Shown here: positions 1-7,279 of the stretch, in pieces
How the letters are laid out: each line of letters starts with the position of its first letter
Position numbering within the stretch: the stretch's first letter is position 1
Assembly: GCA_017620395.1 (NCBI GenBank)
Contig: JAFZQJ010000027.1
Coordinates: forward strand, 82,331-146,330
Source: Clostridia bacterium
GTDB taxonomy: Bacteria; Bacillota; Clostridia; Oscillospirales; RGIG8002
Reading direction: 5' to 3'
Length of the DNA stretch: 64,000 nt
Notes under the pieces: generated by a model
Database searches by the model: none
The model's input: the letters and a program-made list of their open reading frames with translations, nothing else
Told to the model about the DNA's origin: nothing
Position numbers and translations under genes: made by a program

Positions 1-307
1 CCGCATGGAGCTGACCGCCGTCATTGAGGCGCTCTCCGCGCTGAAAAAACCGTGCAGGGTAACGCTTACGACGGATTCGCAGTACGTTGCCAACGCCATT
101 GAACAGCGATGGGTCTACGCCTGGCAGGCGAAGAACTGGCGCAAAGCGGACGGGAAACCGGCGCTGAACGTCGACCTCTGGCAAAAGCTGCTCCCGCTTC
201 TCGAAACGCACGACGTCGCTTTCGTCTGGATCCGCGGTCACAACGGCCACCCCGAAAACGAGCGGTGCGACGCTCTTGCGGTCGCGGAAACAGCTAAACT
301 GAAATGA
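1..307 (+). CDS. rnhA: Ribonuclease HI, C-terminal ~100 aa (5' end outside the window)
   Basis: The translation of 5..307 has RNase H hallmarks (MELTAVIEAL, TDSQYV, WIRGHNGHPENERCDALA). The frame is open to the window edge, so the M at 5 is probably internal. Confidence 0.85.
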   Translation, partial: RMELTAVIEALSALKKPCRVTLTTDSQYVANAIEQRWVYAWQAKNWRKADGKPALNVDLWQKLLPLLETHDVAFVWIRGHNGHPENERCDALAVAETAKLK

Positions 308-333
308 CCGCGCCCTGATTCAAAGCATAAAAC

Positions 334-360
334 AACGCCCTAATCCCGAGGGCGTTTTGT
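334..360. terminator. Bidirectional rho-independent terminator between convergent rnhA and the trk operon
   Basis: Stem AACGCCCT (334-341) pairs with AGGGCGTT (349-356). A T-run follows on the + strand and an A-run precedes it, which reads as a T-run on the - strand. Confidence 0.6.
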
Positions 361-374
361 CATATGCGCCGTAA

Positions 375-1820
375 TTATTTCTTCCACGTTGCCCGCGAAA
401 GGCCGATAATCAGGGGGAATATCTCCAATCTTCCGAGCATCATCATTGCTGAGAGAACTATCTTCGAGAACGCCGAATAATTCGCGTAGCAGGACTGCGT
501 TCCGAAGAACGGGCCGATGTTGTTGAAGCAGGAAATAGTCGCCGTCAGATTCGTTTCGAATCCGAAACGCTCCCACGAGATAAGCAGGAAAGCCGTTACC
601 AGACAAAGAACGTAAAACGCGAGGTAAACCGTTACGCTCTTCTGCGTCGCTTCGTCGACGTCTTTTTCCTCGAATTTTATCGCGCTGATCGAACGCGGAT
701 GAAGCATATGCTTGACTTCGCGCGTTATCTGCTTGAAAATCAGAATGACGCGCGAGACCTTCAATCCGCCGGCGGTCGAGCCGGCGCAGCTTCCGATACA
801 CATCAGCGTGAGCAGGATGCCCTTTGAAAGTGACGGCCACGCGTTCATATCCGTCGTCGTGTAACCGGTGGTGGTGATTATCGACGACACCGAGAATGCC
901 GAGTCTTTGATCGCTTCGCCGAGCGTGGCGTACATCGAGCTGACGTTCCAGGTGATTATCGCGGCGCCGATGACGAATAAGGAAAGATAGAGCCGCAGCT
1001 CAGAACTCCTGAACACGGTGCGGAACTTGCGCATCAGCAGCAGGAAATAGAGGTTGAAATTTACGCCGAACACCAGCATAAATACCGTGATGACTATCTG
1101 CGAATACGTGCTGTACGCGCCTATCGAAGCGTTCTTTATACTGAAGCCGCCGGTGCCCGCGGTTCCGAACGTGTGGACGAGCGCCTCGAAAAGATTCATA
1201 TCGCCCGCCCAGAGAAACGCGACTTCGGTAAGCGTGAGCGCTATGTAGATATAATAGAGGATCTTCGCGGTGTCGCGGGCCTTCGGCACGAGCTTGCCAA
1301 CGGCGTGACCCGGCATTTCGGCGCGCATCAGGTGTATCGAGCGGTCGGAAACGTTGCGTACGACCGCCATGAGGAGCACTATAACGCCCATACCGCCGAG
1401 CCAGTGGGTGAAGCTTCGCCAGAAATGCATCCCGTGCGAGAGCGTTTCGACGTCCTCGAGGATGGAGGCGCCGGTAGTCGTAAAACCGCTGACCGTTTCA
1501 AAAAACGCGTTGACGTAGTTCGGTATGGCGCCGCTGATGACGAAGGGGAGAGCGCCTATGGCTGACATACCTATCCAGCTCAGCGCCGCGATTGCGAAAC
1601 CCTCTTTCGCGTATATGACGTGGTTTTTAGATCTGAATATCAAAAGCAGCAGAAGGCCGAGCAGCGCGGCTCCCGCCGAAACGGCGATAAAAGACTGCAT
1701 TGACTTCTGTTCGCCGTATATCAGCGATACGACGGCGGGGAACAGAAGACACACCGCGCATGCGAGCGACATTCTGCCGAGGGTATTGAATACCATTTTG
1801 CGATTCATAAACGAACGCAC
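375..1820 (-). CDS. TrkH/KtrB-family K+ transporter membrane subunit (second copy)
   Basis: 481-aa multi-pass membrane ORF with the repeated selectivity-filter-like loops of the family (GFTTTGASI, GTAGTGGFS, TTTGYTT, GSTAGGLKVSRV). The GTG at 1820 lies inside the GAGGTG Shine-Dalgarno sequence, so ATG at 1808 (MNRKMVF) is the likelier start. Confidence 0.9.
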   Translation of the reverse strand: MRSFMNRKMVFNTLGRMSLACAVCLLFPAVVSLIYGEQKSMQSFIAVSAGAALLGLLLLLIFRSKNHVIYAKEGFAIAALSWIGMSAIGALPFVISGAIPNYVNAFFETVSGFTTTGASILEDVETLSHGMHFWRSFTHWLGGMGVIVLLMAVVRNVSDRSIHLMRAEMPGHAVGKLVPKARDTAKILYYIYIALTLTEVAFLWAGDMNLFEALVHTFGTAGTGGFSIKNASIGAYSTYSQIVITVFMLVFGVNFNLYFLLLMRKFRTVFRSSELRLYLSLFVIGAAIITWNVSSMYATLGEAIKDSAFSVSSIITTTGYTTTDMNAWPSLSKGILLTLMCIGSCAGSTAGGLKVSRVILIFKQITREVKHMLHPRSISAIKFEEKDVDEATQKSVTVYLAFYVLCLVTAFLLISWERFGFETNLTATISCFNNIGPFFGTQSCYANYSAFSKIVLSAMMMLGRLEIFPLIIGLSRATWKK

Positions 1821-1860
1821 CTCAAAACCGTTTTCGCGTTCAGCGAAAGCGTATTATAGC

Positions 1861-2508
1861 TTAGATCTTGAAACACTTCTGCAGCGCCTTGCGGTCGCCG
1901 AGGACGAGCATCGTCTTGTGCTCGTCGAGGAGGGTCTCCGGCGTGACCGAAAGTTTCATATCGCCGTTCTCTTTGACGGCGAGAATGTTGATTCCGTACT
2001 TTTTGCGGATGTCGATCTGACCGACGGATTTGCCGATCCAGTCTTTCGGAACCGTGACTTCGAATATGGCGTGTCCTTCGTCAAGGCGTATGTAGTCGAG
2101 GATGTGATCTGAGGAGTAGCGTATAGCAGCCCATTCGGCGATCTGTTTCTCGGGGTTGATGACTTCATCCGCGCCGTTGCGCAGCAGGAACTTCGCCTGC
2201 ACCTCTCTGTCGGCGCGGGAAACGACGAGTTTGCCGCCCAGCTCTTTGAGCAGGGAGGTCGTTTCGAGCGAGCTCTGGAAGTCGTTGCCTATAGCGACGA
2301 TGCAGACGTCGAAGTTGTTTACGCCGAGCGATTCGAGGAACATTTCGTTCGTGCTGTCGCCGATCTGCGCGTCGGTGACGAAGGGGAGAACGGCGTTCAC
2401 GCGCTCCTCGTCGCGATCGATCGCGAGCACCTCGTGTCCGAGATCGCTGAGTTGTTTCGCGACCAGGCGGCCGAAATTACTGAGGCCTATCAACAGGATT
2501 GATTTCAT
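1861..2508 (-). CDS. Trk/Ktr K+ uptake peripheral subunit, single RCK unit (TrkA-N + TrkA-C)
   Basis: 215-aa ORF with an N-terminal Rossmann-type glycine-rich loop (ILLIGLSNFGR) followed by a TrkA-C-like C-terminus. An AAGGAG SD lies upstream. Confidence 0.9.
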   Translation of the reverse strand: MKSILLIGLSNFGRLVAKQLSDLGHEVLAIDRDEERVNAVLPFVTDAQIGDSTNEMFLESLGVNNFDVCIVAIGNDFQSSLETTSLLKELGGKLVVSRADREVQAKFLLRNGADEVINPEKQIAEWAAIRYSSDHILDYIRLDEGHAIFEVTVPKDWIGKSVGQIDIRKKYGINILAVKENGDMKLSVTPETLLDEHKTMLVLGDRKALQKCFKI

Positions 2509-2530
2509 AATAACATCTCCTTATTCTCGA

Positions 2531-3865
2531 TCAGCCGACGCTGATCCTTCCGACCGGACGCTGTGAAACGTCTCCGCCTTTGCTGTTGACGGCGGCGTAC
2601 ATCAGCGTCAAACCGCCCACGCGCCCGAAGAACATCAGCAGTATAAGAATCATATGCGACGCAAAACTGAGCGCGGGCGTTATTCCGAGCGTCAGGCCGA
2701 CCGTACCGATTGCCGACGCGGTTTCAAAAATACAACTGCCGAGCGGCAGACCGTCGATAAAACTGATCGCCGCGGCTCCGGTAAGTGCGAGGAACAAATA
2801 CATTATCAGCAGCGCGGCGGCGCTTTTGACCGTGCTGTCCTCGATGCGCCTGCCGAACATCTCAGGGCTTTTCTTTCTGCGGAAGACCGAAAACGAGCTT
2901 GAGCAGAGGACGGCAAGCGTAGTGGTTTTCATACCGCCGGCGGTCGAACCGGGCGAGCCGCCGATGATCATGAGGACGATGATGAGCATACGTCCGGCGC
3001 TCGTGAGCGCGGTAAGGTCCGCGGTGTTGAAGCCCGCGGTCCTCGGCGTTATCGCCTGGAAAAGCGACAGACAAATGCGGTCGCCCATCGGATGATCGGC
3101 GTATTCGCCGAAAAACAGCATCACGGCGGGAATTAGTATAAGCAGTCCGGAGGTGACGAGCACGACCTTTGTCTGCGTTCTGTATCTCTTGAAGTGATGC
3201 TTATGCGTGTAAATATCGTCCCACGTCAGGAAGCCGATGCCGCCTATGATTATCAGCAGCGACAGCGGAATGACTACGCCGGGATTGCTTCCGAACGACG
3301 TCAGCGAAGAGAACTGTCCGGTCCGCGCTCCCATAATATCGAAACCGGCGTTGCAGAAAGCGGAGATCGAATGGAAGAACGACATCCATATGCCCGCGGC
3401 GCCGTACTGCGAGCAGAAGCTCGGCAGCAGCACCAGCGCGCCGGAAACCTCGAATATCAGCGCGGCTTTGAAGATAAAGCTCGTCATCCTTACGATGCCG
3501 CCTATCTGGTGCGCGGAAATGCTGTCCTGTAGCATGCTGCGCTGGAGAAGGGAGATCTTCCTGCCGGAGATCGTAGCGATAAACGCGGCGACGGATATGA
3601 CGCCGAGTCCGCCTATCTGTATCAGCACGAGGATAACGCCCTGCCCGAAAGGCGACCAGAAACTCGCGGTGTCCTGAGTAACGAGTCCGGTGACGCATGC
3701 GGCGGATGTGGAGGTGAAGAGCGCGTCTTCAAAGCGCGCGCCGCCTTCGCCGTTCGTCGCTATGGGAAGCGTCAGCAGGGCGGTCCCGACGAGGATCAGG
3801 CATATAAACCCGAATATGATGATTTGGAAGGAAGACGGTTTCTTTTTGAATAACCCTCCGCTCAT
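2531..3865 (-). CDS. trkH: TrkH/KtrB-family K+ transporter membrane subunit (first copy)
   Basis: 444-aa polytopic ORF carrying GGSPGSTAGGMKTTT and other TrkH-type pore loops. A GGAG SD lies 7 nt upstream. Confidence 0.9.
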   Translation of the reverse strand: MSGGLFKKKPSSFQIIIFGFICLILVGTALLTLPIATNGEGGARFEDALFTSTSAACVTGLVTQDTASFWSPFGQGVILVLIQIGGLGVISVAAFIATISGRKISLLQRSMLQDSISAHQIGGIVRMTSFIFKAALIFEVSGALVLLPSFCSQYGAAGIWMSFFHSISAFCNAGFDIMGARTGQFSSLTSFGSNPGVVIPLSLLIIIGGIGFLTWDDIYTHKHHFKRYRTQTKVVLVTSGLLILIPAVMLFFGEYADHPMGDRICLSLFQAITPRTAGFNTADLTALTSAGRMLIIVLMIIGGSPGSTAGGMKTTTLAVLCSSSFSVFRRKKSPEMFGRRIEDSTVKSAAALLIMYLFLALTGAAAISFIDGLPLGSCIFETASAIGTVGLTLGITPALSFASHMILILLMFFGRVGGLTLMYAAVNSKGGDVSQRPVGRISVG

Positions 3866-3906
3866 AACGGTACTCCGATCATAAAGAACTGTTCATCCGC
3901 CGCGTG

Positions 3907-5274
3907 CTACGCGAGGATGTCCGAAAGGTCGAAAAGCTTCTTGCCGGAAACGATAACGACGACTCTGTCGCCGGAAAGGATCATATCGTCGCCGGTGGGG
4001 ATCATCGCTTTGCGCCCTTTGATTATGCCGGCGATGAGGACGCCGGGCTTCAGCTTCAAATCCTTGAGCGCGGTCTTGACGCCCTTGAAATCGGGGCTGA
4101 CCTTGAACTCGACCGCCTCGACGCTGCCGTCCATCAGCTTATAAAGCGTCTCGACGTTGCTGCCGAGGGAGTTTTGCAGCGCGCGTGCGTAGCGCGAAAC
4201 TATATCCGAAACGATGCGCTTGGGTGAGATGACGCTGTCGAGCCCGAGGTTCTGCGCCATCGCGTAAAGCTCGTCGCGGTTGACTTTGGAAACGACCTTC
4301 GGCACGTTGCGCGAGCCGGCGAAAATTGAGATGAGTATATTTTCCTCGTCCATGCCGGTCAGCGCGAGGAACGCGTCTACGCGGTCGATGCCTTCTTCGA
4401 TGAGAAGCTCCTGCTCGGCTCCGTCGCCGACGATCATCGTGGCGGCCGGCAGCTTGGAGGAGAATTCGCGGCAGCGTTTCTCATCCTTGTCGATGACCGT
4501 GACGTTGCTTCCGCCGGAGAGCAGACGTTTCGCGAGGTAGAAGGAGATTCGGCTCGCGCCGAGTATAAGACTGCTTCGCGTCTGGCGGCTGACGACGTCC
4601 ATCATCTTCAGAAGTTTGATTATTTCGGCGGGCGGCGCGGTCAGGCCGATCCTGTCGCCGCTCTGAAGAACGAAGCTGCCGTCGGGGATATAGACCTTGC
4701 CTTCGCGCTGGACGGCGCAGATAAGGAACTTCGCCGGGAACTTGCGGCGAAGGTCATAGAGTGCGACGCCGTCGAGAGGGGAGCCCGCCTTCAGCTTCAG
4801 CTCGACCATTTCGAGGTTGCCGCCGGAGAAGGTCTCGACGTTGACCGCGGCGGGGAGCTTGAGTATTCTGAAGATTTCCTGCGCGGCGAGCCAGTCGGGA
4901 TTGATCGAAGCGGCGAGGCCGAGGTGCTGGCGGACGAAGATCATGCTTTTGTCGTTGTATTCGGGGTTGCGGATACGCGCGATGGTGTGCTTTGCGCCCA
5001 TGCGCTGGGCGAAAAAGCAGCTGAGCATATTCGTTTCGTCGGAGCCGGCGACGGATACGAAAAGCTCCGCCTTTTCAACGCCGGCTTCGGTAAGAGTCTC
5101 GAAGTCCGTGCCGTTTCCGCAGACGGAAATAACGTCGTATATATTGCCTATGTTTTCGGTGACGGCGGGATCCATGTCGACAGCGACGACGTCGTGTCCT
5201 TCGGCGACGAGGCTGGAAATGATAGCCGTGCCGATCTTGCCGCAGCCGACGATGATAATTCTCAATCGTATCAC
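3907..5274 (-). CDS. trkA: Trk system K+ uptake protein TrkA (two tandem RCK units)
   Basis: 455-aa ORF with two Rossmann/RCK repeats (IIIVGCGKIG near the N-terminus and LILGASRISFYLAKRL mid-protein). Start is GTG at 5274; TTG at 5265 is an alternative. Confidence 0.9.
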   Translation of the reverse strand: MIRLRIIIVGCGKIGTAIISSLVAEGHDVVAVDMDPAVTENIGNIYDVISVCGNGTDFETLTEAGVEKAELFVSVAGSDETNMLSCFFAQRMGAKHTIARIRNPEYNDKSMIFVRQHLGLAASINPDWLAAQEIFRILKLPAAVNVETFSGGNLEMVELKLKAGSPLDGVALYDLRRKFPAKFLICAVQREGKVYIPDGSFVLQSGDRIGLTAPPAEIIKLLKMMDVVSRQTRSSLILGASRISFYLAKRLLSGGSNVTVIDKDEKRCREFSSKLPAATMIVGDGAEQELLIEEGIDRVDAFLALTGMDEENILISIFAGSRNVPKVVSKVNRDELYAMAQNLGLDSVISPKRIVSDIVSRYARALQNSLGSNVETLYKLMDGSVEAVEFKVSPDFKGVKTALKDLKLKPGVLIAGIIKGRKAMIPTGDDMILSGDRVVVIVSGKKLFDLSDILA

Positions 5275-5296
5275 TCTCTTTCACAACGATACCGGA

Positions 5297-5325
5297 ATTA
5301 TACCACAGGTATCCGAATAATTCAA
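5297..5325 (-). promoter_or_regulatory. Sigma-A-type promoter of the trkA-trkH-trkA'-trkH' operon
   Basis: On the minus strand the sequence reads TTGAAT, a 17-nt spacer, then TGgTATAAT (extended -10). It sits about 20 nt upstream of the trkA start, which leaves only a very short leader. Confidence 0.6.
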
Positions 5326-5404
5326 GTGAAATAATTATTAGGAAAAACAAACGCCGTATTTATGCGTCGAAACGGCTTTGATAATACCCGAAACGCCGCG
5401 AAAA

Positions 5405-5473
5405 GTTACAAAAGAGTTACAAAAACGCCTTAAAAGTAACAAAAAGGTTACAAAACTGTAACTAATTTGTAAC
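5405..5473. repeat. Phased GTTACAAA(A) repeat array: four direct copies plus one inverted copy
   Basis: Direct copies are GTTACAAAA at 5405, 5416 and 5447, and GTAACAAAA at 5436, giving spacings of 11, 20 and 11 bp. The inverted copy TTTGTAAC lies at 5466-5473. GGTTACAAA and TTTGTAACC form a 9-bp inverted repeat that is followed by a T-run. Confidence 0.8.
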
Positions 5474-5492
5474 CGTTTTTTTCCTTTTTTCG

Positions 5493-5501
5493 TGATATAA
5501 T
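5493..5501 (+). promoter_or_regulatory. Extended -10 promoter element upstream of the first lipoprotein gene
   Basis: TGaTATAAT at 5493-5501, about 80 nt upstream of the GTG start at 5581. There is no good -35 element; that position is occupied by the GTTACAAA array. Confidence 0.45.
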
Positions 5502-5580
5502 ATAACTGTGATCGGAAAAGGACGCCTTATTACTCGTATTTCGTTTATTATGATCCGAATTCGTCAAGGAGGGAACGACA

Positions 5581-6429
5581 GTGAAAAAGCTTATGGCGAT
5601 CATCCTCATTTTCGCGCTTGCGGCGCCGCTTCTTACCGCCTGCGCGAAGACGCCGGAAACGACGTCAAGCTCGTCCGGCTCGTCTTCGGAGCAGGAAAAC
5701 GCGCTTACCGCAGATGAATACTTCGCGGTTCCTGTTGAGTTTGACAGAATTAATCCACCTACTGAACTGCTCTACTATCCCGAAAATGCAGACGAAACCG
5801 TCCCTGTAGTTCTTTTGTCAGGAAGGAGTAAATCTGCTACTCAAAACACTCATGGAGTTGCGGTCAACGGGAATAAGCTTGAAATTATTAATGGAGATAA
5901 CACAAGAGTGATCTATACAGGTAATTTTATTTGTCGTAAATCCGATGATAATAATGATGATGCTATTTATTCTTATTGGCATACGATAAGGATTGTTGGT
6001 GACATAATTATTTTTACAGCCGTTGTTGAAGATGGGTTTGAAATTAGATACGCGTATATTTATGACGGGGATAGCCGATTAGCAGCAAAAACCACTGAAG
6101 AACCTTATGATGCTTGGGCGGTTTCGAATCACGAGTTTGTATGGTCTATTGATAACAAAGATTACGCTCGTGTATATCACGAAAAGAAAGAAAACCACCC
6201 AAAAGACCAGGATTACATATTCGATATTGATGAAAACACAGAAACATGGGAGATTAACCAAAAGCAATGGGAGTTTCAAGAAATATATAAAGTTTATCCG
6301 GCCGAAAGCCATTATATTGATGTTATATCCGGTGCTACCGTTTCGGCGGGCATCCAGACCGGATCTGATATGGAGCTCTTCACTCCATATTACTCGCGTT
6401 GGTGGCTCGATTATTTGCCCGAAGAGTGA
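5581..6429 (+). CDS. Lipoprotein of unknown function, AT-rich body, C-terminal FMN-binding-type DxxSGATxS motif
   Basis: Signal peptide MKKLMAIILIFALAAPLLTAC ends in the lipobox LTAC. An AGGAGGG SD lies upstream of the GTG start. DVISGATVS is encoded at 6319-6345. Codon usage switches to A/T-rich after about 5710. Confidence 0.8.
   Translation: MKKLMAIILIFALAAPLLTACAKTPETTSSSSGSSSEQENALTADEYFAVPVEFDRINPPTELLYYPENADETVPVVLLSGRSKSATQNTHGVAVNGNKLEIINGDNTRVIYTGNFICRKSDDNNDDAIYSYWHTIRIVGDIIIFTAVVEDGFEIRYAYIYDGDSRLAAKTTEEPYDAWAVSNHEFVWSIDNKDYARVYHEKKENHPKDQDYIFDIDENTETWEINQKQWEFQEIYKVYPAESHYIDVISGATVSAGIQTGSDMELFTPYYSRWWLDYLPEE
5609..5645 (+). repeat. 37-nt segment identical to 6531-6567 (lipoprotein signal-peptide cassette)
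   Basis: TTTTCGCGCTTGCGGCGCCGCTTCTTACCGCCTGCGC occurs identically in both lipoprotein genes. The upstream ATGATCCGAA and GGAGGG elements are also shared. Confidence 0.9.
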
Positions 6430-6502
6430 TTCTGATTTGCCAAGTATCCGCTTTAATGTGTATATTGTTAGTTTGCGATGATCCGAAATGGAGGGCAAGT
6501 AA

Positions 6503-7213
6503 ATGAAGAAACTGTTATCGATTATCCTTGTTTTCGCGCTTGCGGCGCCGCTTCTTACCGCCTGCGCCAAGCCGAGCGACGCTCAAAGCGAAACCGGCGA
6601 AAGCTCTTCGCATGGCGGGAACGCGCTTCCGTTCGATCCGACTGTTCCGCAGAACGTTGACAGCGGGACCTACAACTATTATATCTACGACGGCAGCGAA
6701 ACTCTGAAAGAATGGCTGGGCGGCTTCGGCATTTTAGGTTATTTCTACAGGATTACCAACTCGTCAAGAGTTGCCGAAAGAATACTCGACAGACCTATCA
6801 GAGAGTTCGGCGGCTTTGGTACGGAGTTCGTTGTTATAACGAAGGACTGCAAGCTCATTCGCTTTCCGAATATCGCCGACGTGCCTGAAGGCAAAATCAC
6901 CTATCTCGGAGACGTTCCCGCTGACGCGTCTTGTTTCGCAACGAACGGCAAGGCAGCGTGTTATATGGCGGGAGAAGAACTCGTCGGCGTTTCCGTTGAC
7001 GACGGCTCTGAAGTGTTCAGGCAGAAGTTTGACGGATTGAAGCAGATATATTTCGGCGATAGCGTCGGGATTGTTTGCCGGACGGACGAGCGATATTACG
7101 TTTATGATACCGAAAAACGGCAGATCGTATTCACGGGCGTTAAGTTAAGCGAACAGACATGGGAAAATGAGGCAGTTTACGAATTGGATAAATACTTTGG
7201 TAAAGCCGATTAA
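6503..7213 (+). CDS. Lipoprotein of unknown function (paralogous N-terminus to 5581..6429)
   Basis: Signal peptide MKKLLSIILVFALAAPLLTAC has the same lipobox. The body has GC-rich, native-like codon usage. Confidence 0.8.
   Translation: MKKLLSIILVFALAAPLLTACAKPSDAQSETGESSSHGGNALPFDPTVPQNVDSGTYNYYIYDGSETLKEWLGGFGILGYFYRITNSSRVAERILDRPIREFGGFGTEFVVITKDCKLIRFPNIADVPEGKITYLGDVPADASCFATNGKAACYMAGEELVGVSVDDGSEVFRQKFDGLKQIYFGDSVGIVCRTDERYYVYDTEKRQIVFTGVKLSEQTWENEAVYELDKYFGKAD
6531..6567 (+). repeat. 37-nt segment identical to 5609-5645
   Basis: Second copy of the identical signal-peptide-coding 37-mer. Confidence 0.9.
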
Positions 7214-7230
7214 CGATACTCGCTTCCGTA

Positions 7231-7264
7231 AAAAAGCCGCTGCTCGATTGAGCAGCGGCTTTTG
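7231..7264. terminator. Bidirectional rho-independent terminator (lipoprotein gene / GH38 gene)
   Basis: AAAAGCCGCTGCTC-gatt-GAGCAGCGGCTTTT is a perfect 14-bp stem flanked by A- and T-runs, and it lies between convergent genes. Confidence 0.85.
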
Positions 7265-7279
7265 TCGTATCTTTTCGTT

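Noticed and set aside
340-840. 166-aa minus-strand ORF overlapping the 3' part of the second trkH-like gene
   Set aside because: It is an alternative frame of the same strand inside a confidently assigned membrane transporter gene. Its translation is arginine-rich and motif-less.
5275-5400. Looked for a c-di-AMP (ydaO/kimA-type) riboswitch upstream of the trk operon
   Set aside because: The best promoter (5297-5325) leaves a leader of only about 16 nt. The sequence further upstream shows no pseudo-two-fold ACGGGGA/CCCG-type conserved cores that I can recognise.
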